Part shown: positions 50,140 to 62,900 of the stretch, one piece after another
Layout of the letters: each line of letters starts with the position of its first letter
How positions within the stretch are numbered: the first letter of the stretch is position 1
Source of the DNA: Marsupella aquatica
Taxonomy: Eukaryota; Plantae; Marchantiophyta
DNA length: 64,000 bases
NCBI GenBank assembly: GCA_973895155.1
Contig: OZ316898.1
Location: forward strand, 17,536,752-17,600,751
Reading direction: 5' to 3'
Translations under genes and position numbers: made by a program
Notes under the pieces: model-generated
Seen by the model: only the letters and a program-made list of their open reading frames with translations
Told to the model about the DNA's origin: nothing
The model's database searches: none

Positions 50140-52995
50140 TCACACCATAGTACCAAGACTTTTCCTGTGAGAATGGGACTCGAAGTAATTTCCCAGCTGC
50201 TCTTGAATGATCGCTTTTGCACCCTCCACCAAATCCTTGACTACAGCAGCAGCTGGAACTATTTCATGTATCAAACCAACTCCAGTACCTCCATACATGC
50301 ACATGGAATCCACATCTCCCGTAGTAGTAGCATTGGGGACCTTTCCAGAAAATCGAGAAATATTTTGATCCTGCAATGCCAATAGACATACAAGCCTTTT
50401 GTCAAGAAGTTCGTAGGGAATTTTCAATGACCCCAACTGAGATGTACACAATGTTGTGGCACTGTTCCCATGGATATTTTTCATTCCACTATCACAAATC
50501 AGTACCATGAACGTAATTGCATTCCAAAAGGGTTGTTTCAATTTCATCCGACAGGTTGCAGAAAGCCTAGAGAAACTGGGTGAAAGTGGGGCAAGGAACT
50601 ACTAAAGATAGTCACACAATCAGACTCTCGTTCAGGGAGACCTTTCCAAATATTCAACTTTTTCACAAAGACAACAATACATTACAACATGAAACTGAAA
50701 CTGTTTCTAAGAACGAATACCTGGCCATAAATTGTTGTGTGCCCAATTATGGGTTTCCCCGATTCAGTGTCATGAGGAGCCAATTCCCCTTTCCACAACT
50801 CGTGGGCCGTGGTTCTGATTACCCTTTGAGGTGCATTCCATCTTAAACGACCATACAAGTCCGTGTACTCTGTGTCTTGCACCTTCGCTTCCACTATCTT
50901 TTTTTTGTACAATGGATGAGCGAAGGACTCGAATGTAGCAAGAAATCTACATCACACTCAAATTAGATGAAAATCATTGTCTTAGCCCAATGGCAAAAGC
51001 AGCAGAAGCAACACAGCCTCCAATTTATTGCAGCACTCCTGAAATCGCTTCGATACGCCATTTTTCAAAAATCATATTAGCACTCCATCAACATTGAGCA
51101 GAAGATCAGTCCCGTTTTCTTGTCATTGCACAAGACGAGCTGCATGCTTTGACCGATTCTCTTGTTACGTACCTTGTCCCCATACATATTCCCTGCGCGC
51201 CCATGGCGAGAGCAGCTACATATCCACGTGCATCCACAATGCCACCAGCTGCTATGACAGGAATCTTATAACTACGAATTGCATCCACTACTGCTGGTAA
51301 AAGCGTCATCACACCTACCTGCATCCACTCCAAAGGTACTGCACAGATGAATCCAGTTGCGATAACCTTCCAGTTAGCTAAATAATTCAGAATTCATGAT
51401 AAAATCACCATTTTTTATGCAGAACTTCCTAGCGTCAAATTTGGTTGTGTTCAAAAAAATGAGCATGTAGCATTCACGTTATTAAACCAACAAGAGGTCC
51501 GAAATATATTTCGTACCGAACCGACGAGATGTCCCCCGGCCTCAACACCTTGGACGACAATCGCGTCTACGCCAGCCTGTGCGGCCTGTACTGCTTCTTC
51601 CACAGAACCAATCTGCCATTGTCCAGAATAATGGATAAGTCAAATAACAAGGTTTCCTGCAGAAGCAACAACCAACAAAAAAGTAGTTCAAGATTATCCT
51701 GCGTGCTTTAAAAGCTAGAGGATAAGCGACACCAGACTACTTGCACGTTTGTCAATTTCTGATGCAAAACTCGAGAAAATGTATCCGAAGAAATTTGGTT
51801 TTAGCTGAAACCACCCACCTGATGAACAACTTTCACGCCAGCCTTGTGAACCTCATTTACTTTCTCTGCTGGAAATGCATCAAAAGCTACCCAAAGAGCT
51901 GTCACCTTTTCTTCACAAGCCACTTTGATCGCTAGCTCGTGAGGAAAGTGTAAAACAGATGCTATCCCGAAGGGCTGGTGGGTCAATTCTCGGGTACGCT
52001 TGATCAAATTCCTGACCACCTCCGGATCACTCTGCATCCGTCAAGATAAACATGCTTATTATTCACTCTTAACATATGCCAACCAAAACAAAAAAGCAAA
52101 AGCCCTGATACATACGTAACAAATGCAATGCATGAGTGGGGAAGAGCGCCGTATTCTTTCAAATTAGAAAATATCAGCCAAGCAATGGAATTGCTCATTG
52201 AGCGCGTACGCAAAAGTTTGCTCAAAAAAAGTATATCAAGGCATCAATAGGCAAATCTGGTCTTGTCGGTAACAGAGAGGCACGACATTCGATTCAAAAG
52301 GTGCATTGCGATTATTATACACTCTGGAATATAAACAGTTGGAGGTTCCTTGTCATTAAGAGAATGTAAAGTGTGCCATCAATGACCTACGTTGTACAGA
52401 CCCAATGACCCATTATTATGCTCAGTCGTACTCATCCAATGAGAGCCATCCGTTGCAGTTCTTGGTGATTTCATGTCGATAGAAATTTCGTCTTTCTTAC
52501 ATTTTGGTTCTTTCCGTTCAGGGAAAATCACATCAGCAAAGAGTGGATCGCAAAGAAATCTTCATGAGCAAACCTAATGCTAGAGTGCCATTAGTTTTTG
52601 TATTGTTTTTCACCGAAAATCTCCTCAAGACCAGTTTACTCTTTCTGATGTCAACTAACTAATGTGAAAATTTACATGACTGAAAAATCGCAAATCAAAG
52701 GTAACACTAGAAAGCAAAATCAGCAGTACTATAGACGATGGCAGCACAAAAGTGACCCAGCTGGCTGTGAATGAACGCATAAAAGGTCTGTGAGGCGCGG
52801 CCAGGTCACTAGGATGGATATATAGATGAGTCGCAGGCAGGTTAGCGGCTAGGGTACCTGATCAGGAGCACGCAAGAATCCGAATCCCCCTGCATTGCTC
52901 ACGGCCGCCACTAGCTCAGGCCCCGAGATGTCCGGGCCCAGGGGCGCCTGGAAAATCCCATATTTCGCTCCAAGAAATCCACCCCACGGCACCAT
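50140..52995 (-). CDS. Nitronate monooxygenase / 2-nitropropane dioxygenase family FMN TIM-barrel protein; exons 52995-52858, 52031-51819, 51612-51517, 51318-51173, 50946-50721, 50370-50140; ~349 aa
   Basis: Motifs GIFQAPLGPDISGPELVAAVSNAGGFG, AGVDAIVVQGVEAGGH, PVIAAGGIVDARG..AALAMGAQGICMGTRFLATFES and MYGGTGVGLI are present, with consistent GT-AG phases. Confidence 0.92.
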
Positions 52996-53762
52996 CTCTC
53001 TCTAGAGGCAGCAATAATTGGTGTTGTCGCACTCCACAAATATAGCTGAGATTTTGCCGCTCCTGAGAATTCCAATCAGATACTTTAAATTTCTCTTAAG
53101 CTCTCCTCTCTTCTCCTCTCCTCTCCTCTCCACAAACTTGAGATGAGGATTTTCCGCTCCTAATTTCGAACCAGATGCTTCAAATTGACCTCCACCTCTG
53201 CCCTGGGCTCCTCTGCTCTGTTTCACAACAGCGCGCGCTCTCTTCCCTGTATCTGCCCTCAAATCCTGCTTCTTTATGTCATGTCATATCACTGAATACT
53301 AATCGCTGATGGAGCAATTCGACCTTTCACCGGTATTTAAACCCTCTCTTCTTTCTTCCTCCAAAGTGATGACAGCGCTGACCCAATCAGGCTTGAAGAG
53401 TCGATATCAGAGAGACAGCTAGCTCATCAAAGCACTGACTCAATCGCGCTTCATCAGAGAGGCGGCTAGATTGCTTGCTGGCTAGCTAGACTGGCTCTTT
53501 TCTCGATCAATCTGACTCCTCCCCTCAGCCTGCTCTTGCTTGCGTTCCTTCCAGTACGAACAATTCTATACGCCAATCCAACCCAATTCAATCCTATCCA
53601 ATTATTCGATGAGACACAACTCAGGGAAGGCTCTGCGTGTGAACGAGGAGGAGGACATGCGAAACATCAGCAGCTCCTTCTCCTCCCATGCTTTTGTGTT
53701 TTATACCTTTTCTGACTTTGTTCCAATATTAGTTTCACACTTAGCAGACTGTCGGAGATATA

Positions 53763-53815
53763 GACAAGTGAGCAATTGACAAGTGAACAATTGACAAATG
53801 AGCAATTGACAAGTG
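53763..53815. repeat. 15-bp tandem repeat x3.5
   Basis: GACAAGTGAGCAATT-like unit repeated in tandem. Confidence 0.85.
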
Positions 53816-54648
53816 GCGGATTGGTTTCCCATGCATACCTTGGTACGAAATGATGGGTCAAGAAACCTTTGCCTGGATGCCAGCCTTCTGAATGTGTTGG
53901 CACACTGATCTCCGCTTTTGGGTCCTTTGACCTTCGCCCGGGCCCCACAGATACCCTGTCCGAAAGTTTTATTTGTAGATGGGAACCTCTTTATCAGGAG
54001 AAACTGTCGGGCATTGCGCGCAGACTGCACTCGACACACAGCCTGGAAGAGGCAATCTCTGTTCTCTGGTAGACCCCAGAGTTCAAAATTCTCGATCATG
54101 ACTAAAAGCAATTTACAGTGCTCCCACGTCAGGACTTCTCCCAATGAAAGCTCTCAGTCATTCATTCTGGACAACTCCCTCAAGGGAGACCCTTTCCTTT
54201 CACACAAGAAGCAGTCTAATCCTTAATCGTTGATCCTTTCGGATTGTCTCGAAAGCAAATGTAGATGTCACTGAGTTCAAATCACATACGTATGAACTAA
54301 AGGGAGTCCAGAGGGGGAGGGATCACGAGACTCGGGGAGCATGCAGGCCCATCACATGGCTATACCATAGCAGGAGAATGAAGAGATTTGACCAGGGGCT
54401 ATGCTCTCGCATGAAAACTGAGAATTCAACATATTTTCCCCACTGCCCAGCACACCCGCACTCTTTTAGCCTCAAAACCCCTGAGCATCGAGAAGAATTT
54501 GAACCTCAGACATTTGAGTCCCAAACCCTTGGCCACCTGCCCTAGACAAACAATCTCACTCACGTGATTTAATCTTCAATCGTTCATTGAATCTACTCTT
54601 TCATGATTGCCAGGTGAACAGCCTAATCTTCAATCTTTGCTGAAGCCC

Positions 54649-55797
54649 TCGAGGATTACTTGAGCAATGCTGTAGATGAAGGTGTCAAGTCTGCTGCAGG
54701 GGCAAGAGCTTTAACGAGCTTGATGAAATGCAAACTCGGAGAGAGGCAAGTTAATTGTGAGGCACACCATAGGCGGTGGAGTATTGGGAACCTATTCGCA
54801 AGCGGCTACACGTTTTAAAGGCAAAGAAACGTTTCCAGGAAATACGTGTGGGTCCAGTTGTGATCACAGCATAATCTATGATTGGAAACAGAGACTAGAA
54901 TCACAGAAAACTGAAAGACGGGTTGTCTCAATTGATTTCCCACTACCATTTGGTCAGTCCATGTGCTGAGACAATATGTATCGAACTCAGAATGATTAGA
55001 GAGTTTATTCAATGAAGACATGCTTACCTGACCCTTCATTTGTGGAGAATGGGAGAGCAATTGGCCCAGTCGAAAGCTTCTCATGATACTCAGTGGTTCT
55101 TTCCCCATTTCTGCAGTCGTCTGATTAGTTGTGGTCACTTGCTCTTGACAGAAAACCATCTCAATCCGAATATAGCTCTGATCAAACGTGGATTCAAATA
55201 CATTGCTCATGTAAGATGCGGTTTTGCTGAAAGTGGTCTGTCTTTCGATTCACAGGACCAAGTGCGCACCTTACACCTTGAACATAACTTTACCCCACGA
55301 GGGAGAGCATGAGGATTCTGCAGACATACAGAGAGAATATGTGGCAAAGGAGGCACAGCACGAACCGGGATCCTTCTTCCCTGAACCAGTGTAAGATTCT
55401 GATTTCGATGAAGTGGTTGATCCTGAGACAGGCAAAGCAGACCTTGAGCAGACGAGGACTGATGAGGTACTGGAAGAGCAACAATGCAGATGACGACATG
55501 ATGCTGCTGTGGAGCAAAATATTTCTGATGATGAGAATGGAGGGGCGAGAAGGAGTCTTACTGTTGAAGGCCATGAAGCAAACGGAGCAAGGGGATAGTG
55601 TTCTTGACATTGTGTCAGGAAGGGAATTTTGAATCACAAGTGTATTGGTGGCATGACAATTATCTCCCATGAAACAAATGAAGAAAGGGTTTACTGTTCT
55701 TGACATTGGGTCAGGTGGGGAATCTTGAATCACAAGTGTATTGTTGGCATGACAGTTACGGCTCAAGAAAACCCAAGTATTTCAATCGTGTCCACTC
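54649..55797 (+). pseudogene. Cactin (splicing factor) pseudogene fragment
   Basis: Broken frames encode LQGKSFNELDEMQTR, AVEYWEPIRKRLHVLKAK and NLESQVYCWHDSYGSRKPKYFNRVH, which match the cactin mid- and C-terminal motifs (VEYWE..LKRL..KAK; QVYWWHDKYRPRKPKYFNRVHTG). Frameshifts, an internal duplication and truncation are visible. Confidence 0.75.
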
Positions 55798-56015
55798 TAG
55801 GGGGTCTCAAAGTTTCATAGTTGCTGATAATGGTTTTTGGCCACAAACAAATAACCATAGCTTTTTCACAGGGTTATGGAAAGGGTTTTTCTTGTTTTTC
55901 ACTAGCTTCTACAGGAATTATGGTCATGGCATATGACCATCTTTGGATTGCAAATTTGGTAGTCCATAACCATTTCTGTCCCTAACCTTGACCATTTGAG
56001 GCTTGAGACCCCCTG
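55798..56015. mobile_element. MITE-like element with 13-bp terminal inverted repeats
   Basis: TAGGGGGTCTCAA (55798-55810) and TTGAGACCCCCTG (56003-56015) differ by 1 mismatch. No clear target-site duplication is visible. Confidence 0.5.
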
Positions 56016-56446
56016 CTAGTACATCAAACACATTATGGTCATGACGGTGCTCCTCCTTAGGCTGTGCAAGGCTACAAGGTTAGAGCATGTCCAATGGTTT
56101 GGAGTTTGCACGTCACTATCCCCATAGTATTGCAGATAGTATGGCGCTCACCAAAATAGGGAGTCGTGTTACCTTTGCGCGATCCCCAATGGTGACCCCC
56201 CATTCTGACCTCCATACTCTGACCACACCTACAAATTGGGCCCCACACGGTCTACAAAGTTCAATGTGAAAGAGAGAAGTCCGTTGCGCGAGCGAGAAGT
56301 TGAGGCGGGAGTGGAAGTCCTGCAAGAACCAGATGTGCCAGCACACACATGTTGCTCCATATGACTACAGTTGAAGCCATTCATGGCTGCAAAGAAATCC
56401 ACAACTACAATTGGCTAGCCAATAAACTTTGGAACAAAAATCCAGC

Positions 56447-57660
56447 TCAATCAAGCAGAATTTCAGCGTCAAAATCTGCATTGTCCTCCGCTACAAGTGG
56501 GCTTTCAATTGGGCCAACCGGTGCTCTCAGGAAACACGGGAGTGGATTCTGAACAGCTATCGGAGCATTTCTAGAAATTTGCATCTGTGCTTTTAGCTTA
56601 ATTGCCTCTTCCAACTTCCACTGTCTCAAAGCTCTGGTTCCATGTTGTTAGTAGGCAATGTAAGCAGCTTCATGAGATAATTATTTTGCAAAGTGTTCAC
56701 CCAATCTCTGTTTGCAGCTGCCATCTCCTTTTGGGCATTTGCACTAATCTTCATTGCTTCCTGTTCAACCTTCATGCACTTGTGATCTTCCTTTGCCCTG
56801 TTGTTTCCTCGAGGCCTCTTCCTCATATCACTTTGTTGATCCTCTCGAGCTTTGTCCTGGTCTCTGTCGACACTCTCATTGTCACCATGGTCTGTGACAA
56901 TTGGACTCGGGCCAGAATATTCATTGTCTGTTGCTTCCTATACGATGTTGATTTCTTTCCCTTCCCTTTGGCCATATCGTCTGCTGGATTCCCCACAGTG
57001 GACACTGTCAAAATCCAGAAGCAAGAATCAAAAGAGATAGAGAAAGATTTCCCGTTCCAATGGTTTTGCTTGAACAATTCTTTTGCCTTCACCATTGTGT
57101 CATCAACATTTGTCCCCGGAATTTGTTGAAAGCATCCTATAACTTTGAGACATCCTGTTTAATGTCAGACCACTTCCCTTCCAGTGAATTTTGGCCTCTT
57201 GACTCAGCTCCCTTGCCTCTTGTAATGCTCATCAGTCACCCGGTCCCAAAATCACTCAGCCCTCTGCCTTGCACCTACACAAAGATCTTGGGAGACGTGG
57301 AGTACACTGTAGCATAGTTGTTTGAGCTTTTGGGGGCCTTAATTTTTCCCACAACTGGCTGTCATCTTAAAATTAACGTACACACAATCTCAATGGAGTC
57401 CTCGTGTGCAATGTCAGCTTGCACGATATGTGTGGCCCACGAGAACTGTTCATCAACAGTCCAAGCGGGAAAGAATTCATATTCTGGCGCGAGCAGTCTG
57501 AAGCCTGCACATTGCAAGTGCCAATGTGGACTGATAATCAACATTGATTACTTTGGGGGCTGGCGGAGGGGCTTCAAATGGCGGCCTCCTTCCTGCACAA
57601 AAGTAGCGACAGGGAGTTGCAAAAAGTAGCAGCCCTCCACACACAAAAAAGGATGGCACC
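56447..57660 (-). mobile_element. Degenerate PIF/Harbinger-associated Myb/SANT (NAM-associated C-terminal-like) gene remnant
   Basis: Fragments across frames: NSLEGKWSDIKQDVSK, AKELFKQNHWNGKSFSISFDSCFWIL and RKRPRGNNRAKE...AQKEMAAAN...LMKLLT. A Harbinger/Tourist-like terminus TTA|GAGCATGTCCAATGG lies at ~56080-56097. Confidence 0.55.
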
Positions 57661-58654
57661 ACCGCTGGAGACTCGATTCTTTAAAACCCAACCTTCACTC
57701 AGCGGTTTGGCATTTACGGGCTGTTTGGAGGACAAAAACCCAGTTTTCCACAAACCGGAAAAGCTTAGACTTGTCTCCTTATTACCAGGACTCCAGTTTC
57801 TATTGTACACTGGTTAAGATAATTTTAAATTTATTAAATAAAACAGAATCGAAAAACTACATGCACTTTCCGATTGAGGTCACGCAAGCAGCAAAAATTG
57901 GAAACAGGGTAAAGTGTTTACTTTGACTTGTGTGTGAATTGCAATGCTAGCCAAGCTCCCTCAGTTGGTCCTTTGTATTCCTTGGTTCATAGTGTTGCAT
58001 CCAGCCAGTTCCTTATTACACTCATTAAGTTTCAGGTTACAACCGAGGTACGGGGACGTGGGACAGGTGACAACAGCCATGGATTCAGAGAGTCTAAGCA
58101 TGGTTACACTACAAGAGGGAAAACTATTTGTTTTTCTAGTTTTTAAGTTATGCACATATTTCCTGTTTAAAATGAAAACAAATATATTCCATGGCGGGCA
58201 GGTGAGGGACAATTGGTGTACGGCCTTACCTTCCCACCGTTTTCCCTTTTTGTAGGCGAAGGATCCCCCATTTTCTAAGGGAGTGTTTATTTCAGTGTCA
58301 GATTTGTGAAATTTAATTGCAAACTCTTTTTAAAAAGTGAAGGAGGCTATATTTAGTTTCGTGGAAACTTTAGGCTCCGTGTATTATGCTCACGTGAGGC
58401 ATGTTCTGTTGGACAGTTTAGGTTGGTGTCTCAAACGATATGCTAGCACGTTTCCTAAAAAAGCATTTGTAGGGAATTAACTGGCTTTCAAAGCAACACA
58501 TTTGCACGAAGGCGTTTGTAGATAACGTCGTCCTAACTTTAAACAACCTTCCCCGAGGCTAATATATTTTTTGATACTATCTTATGTAGAGAAATAAGAA
58601 TATTGAATTTCTTCAGAATCAGGTGTGTGATCCCACGAAAGAAAGGAAATTTGT

Positions 58655-58880
58655 CATCTGGTGTTTCCCTTTCATAAAGAGTCTCATCTACACAAGAATA
58701 TATCTTGTGTTTCTCTTTCATAAAGATTCTCATCTACACAAGAATATATCTGGTGTTTCACTTCATTAAGATTCTCATTTAGTATATTAATGCCACAGAA
58801 TAATATTTTATATATCTGGTGTTTCACTTTCATTAAGATTCTCATTTACACAAGAATGTATATTAATGCCACAGAATAAT
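58655..58880. repeat. Degenerate ~40 bp tandem repeat array
   Basis: ATCTGGTGTTTC...AAGATTCTCAT.TACACAAGAAT recurs 4-5 times. Confidence 0.8.
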
Positions 58881-59818
58881 CTTTTTGACACCCTGGGTGC
58901 AGTTAATGGATGACAATAAATCATTACTCGAGGGGAACACGGGCTGGAGGGCGCTTTCATGTCAAAGCCAGCAATACACTGTTTTACAGTCTGCCCGGGG
59001 GACATGAGCTTTTGATTACAGGTCTACTGTAGTTAGCGACTCTTGTATTTTTTACTCTTCTTGCAAAAGCTAGGGTTCCTTCCAAGACCTCACAGAACTA
59101 GAATCCAAGCCAGAAGCAAAAACAATTGACCATGATAATAATATGTTGAGGTCAAAAGCCGAAGCTAGTCTTAGGCTTGTAGGGAACACCCATTGACTAA
59201 TTAAGGCTATTCACATGTGGAGTTCTGCAAGTTTTTCTTTGCGAGGGAAAACTAAAGTGCATTAAAAACCACATCTTTTCACATTGCAGGGGACAAATAA
59301 ACTAAAATCTTCCCAAACAGATTCTGCATGAGGGGATTATGGTGGCATAAACCACACCTTTACATATAAAAGCCTCATCCTTTCCCTCATTACTCCTCAT
59401 TCCTGCCACCACACTCTCACCATAGAAAGTGGAGCCAATAAAAAGGTGGAGCACTCACCACCTTTTGTGGAGCTCAAGCCCACTCCTGAACCTATATAAA
59501 TGCAGTTGTGGTATAAGTATACCTTACTAATTATTCTGTGAAAACCAAGAACAATTAATAAAACTTTACAATATCAATCTATATTTTCATAATCTCCTTA
59601 AATAAACTTTTCATGAAATGTCTTGTGAAAGAGAAATAGAGAGAAAAAGCATATCATGGAATGTTGATGATATCGAACATTGGAAGTTGGGAAGTGGGGA
59701 AGCAAGAAAGTCATTCTTATCGTGCATTAAAAATATAAAAAGGTAAAGGGGCTTTTTGACTCTTTGGTCTTCCCTGATTATTTTTATTGAGTTTCTTGCC
59801 GTCGGTTGGGGCTCTTGA

Positions 59819-59916
59819 CTCTTTGGTGTCTCTTGTTTTTTGCAGTATTTTATAAAAAATGTTCTACTCTTTGGTGTCTTTTGTTCTTTGCAGTATTTTA
59901 TTTAAAAAATGTTCTA
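59819..59916. repeat. Tandem duplication, ~48 bp x2
   Basis: CTCTTTGGTGTCT.TTGTT.TTTGCAGTATTTTA...AAAAAATGTTCTA occurs twice. Confidence 0.85.
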
Positions 59917-62900
59917 TCTATGAGAACATTCAGACAGATTTAAATGGACAACCAAGTTTAGGGTGAATGAGGCTACTCTTAAACCAAATAGGATTTGTAA
60001 GCTTACATGGGATTTCCTCAAAGGAATATCATTGTACTCATACATTTGACTACAATGACGGGCAGTAACTATCATGTTCCATTCATGAAAGGAGCATTAA
60101 TTCGAGCCTAATTATGGGTAAGGATGAATGGGGATCTAAGAAATCATTGAAATGCGATTCAACAAAGTAAACACCGACACAGCCAAAAAATGATTGCTCA
60201 TGCAAAAGTAGCGTTAGAAATAGTGTGACATTCCCTAGATCAGGAAGAATATCTCAAGGCTCTAAAGATTGATTTATTTATTTGAGCGTCATGAGGCCAT
60301 GCCCCCAAAACTTTATTCCATACCAATCATGGGCGACAGCTCGTGAAGATCCCAAAGATGGCATCATTGCATGAAACACGAGCTCCACAAGATTCACGCG
60401 AATCTACAATTGCGAAGGCAACATCCATATTCTCTTTACTCCTTCATCATTTATAAATAAATAAAAACAGGGAAAACCCCACCCAACAGAGCATTTGGGC
60501 CAGGAAAATTCTCTCGTTCAACCACTGAAAAAGAAAGTCCAAAGGGCAAGTCCGAGGTGCGTGGCCCAATTAGCCCTTGCAGTTTTACATCCCACAGTGA
60601 TTGAGCATGATCTTTACTTCCAGCCTTCTAATCAATGTCTCTTGGGTCTTGTATAGAAAGTAAAGAGAATTTCCCAGGATGATCTGTGTCCCATTTTTTT
60701 GCACCCTCCCTGACATACACCAACTAAACCTCTTTCTTAACCAATGATGGTCAAATGCATCAATCAGTCAGATCAAATGGCTCGAGCTAGTCTTTCTTTT
60801 TAAAGTGAATGAATACAAATATTAAAAATGAGTACTATATTAAAAAAGGTAATTAATACACTAGGTTATTTTTTGCCTCAACAACTCATTATTTTGCATG
60901 TTAATTTTCAAAGTACTTAAAATTTTACCATTCCCGGTCTAACCATTTTTCTGGCATCGCAACAAACATGAACTGTTGAATTCTTTTGTCACTACAAACA
61001 TTGCCATTGAATGTGTTTGTGGCGGAACCTGCTGACATGGTGCAACTACAGGGTAGGAATTTTGGAACTTGTCATTGGGGTCTGTAACAAATAAAGGGAA
61101 TAAAGAGGGGAAACCCCAGGAAGACCATAGGCCCGACCATAGGGCCAAAAAGCTGGAGAGTTCCCTAAAAGAACAAAATAACTTCTCCCGATCCACTGGG
61201 TTCATGCGTAATGGAATGGAAATTAACACACAAAAAAAGACAAACAAACTACATTGTAGTGCAGTTTATAGAGTGATTTTTTCCAGTCCCCCTCAAGAAA
61301 CTTCATCATTGTGGGAAGCTCCACCAATTGACCACAAATTGGAGCCACTTCAACCATACCCAAAACAATCCGAGCATAGGTGTGTTGGGATAACCCTTTG
61401 GCTTAGTTGGATAGTATTAATCACATTATTAGATTTGCATGTGATGATCATATAAATTCAGGGTCTAAAGAACTACTTTCTCATGAAGATGATTTGGCAC
61501 TTTGATCTTCCCAGGTTTTCCGTGGTATTTCTCCTTGATATATCAGGTTTCTCCGCTGTTGGGATCCTGGATCTCAATAGGGAGCTTTTTATTTTTTGCC
61601 AGTTTTATACATTAGTTTGTAGTTTGCATATTGGTCACACCACAGCTTACGACTTGGTAAAAGCAAGGTTCAGAAAACTATTAGAAAACCTCTAGTTTTC
61701 TAATAGTTTCTAAACTTTTTTTTGCCGGTTTTTTGGCCCTTTTTCTTTTCTCCCTTGATTGGGTTTTTTGCCTGAGGTATTTTGTGTCCAGGTTGGGCGC
61801 TCTTTGTTTATTGGCAGTTTGAAATACATCTAGAAAACAAAGAAAGCTAAACAACTACTAGAAAGCAAAGAGAACAAAGAACGACCCATGAAAGCTAGCA
61901 ATGCCCGTTTCTTATGGATAACGATGCTAGTCTACTGTAGTCAATCGATTGTCTCATTGAAAGTCTATCTACGTCACTGTAGTTGCGTAGTCCATCTGAT
62001 CTATAGTAGAGGCCTACTCCTTTGGCTGAAACACAGAAAAAGGTACTTTCTGTGGTGTTTTGATGCTAAATAAACAATAAAACATATTTCAGAGTTAAAC
62101 ACAAAATACTGGTAATGGCTTATTAAATATCACTAGTCCAATTACCCCTTCCTTGAACCTAAATAGATATGAAGAAAAACAATCTTGTATAATAAAATTC
62201 CATGCTATTCAGTTAATCTTTGCTTCATTCTTGTTTTTTGTCCACCCTCATTTCAGTTTTGTCTTTATTTGGAATCAATATCATTTTTGTCCATACTCAT
62301 TTTTAATTTAATTGAGATCATGATCACCTCTGTCTGTATCAAGGGTTAAGGTCTAGAGACTTCACTCGAGACCCTAGACCTTTAAGAGTATTCTTGGTTT
62401 GCGCTTTTTTAATAAGATTGATTCCTTGGAAATAATTATAGAAAAAGGAGCATACTGGGACGGAAAAGCATACCGCCAATGTATCTGGTTTAGCTCGCCA
62501 AATAGTTTCCAGTAGATACCGATCCATATCCAATGCCACAATAACCCTACTTTTCCATCCCTAAAGTATCGCAATGTCCGATGTCAATACATTTGCAATT
62601 TCCGTTCCTAAAACAATCGGACATTTTTGACGACAATACCATCAGGAGTTTCCATGCCCATACTATTGGTCTAAAATTGAACGCTTCCGTTGACAGAAAA
62701 TGTGCAGAACACACATCCAATCAAACGGGCATCGGACACACTATCTCATTCTGTAAAATGATACTTGATATATGGCAAATTGGTTCAAGTAACCAATCTC
62801 AAGTGAGAAAGACCCAACCTCTTATGGAAGTTGTGGGTCCTGTTTGTAATACCAGACGACAGGCATAGTTGTGGTTGGAGCATTACTTTGAGTGGCAGAC

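Noticed and set aside
62581-62868. C...H....C......W spacing reminiscent of a LINE zf-RVT motif
   Set aside because: It is too degenerate, and no RT motifs are recognisable nearby.
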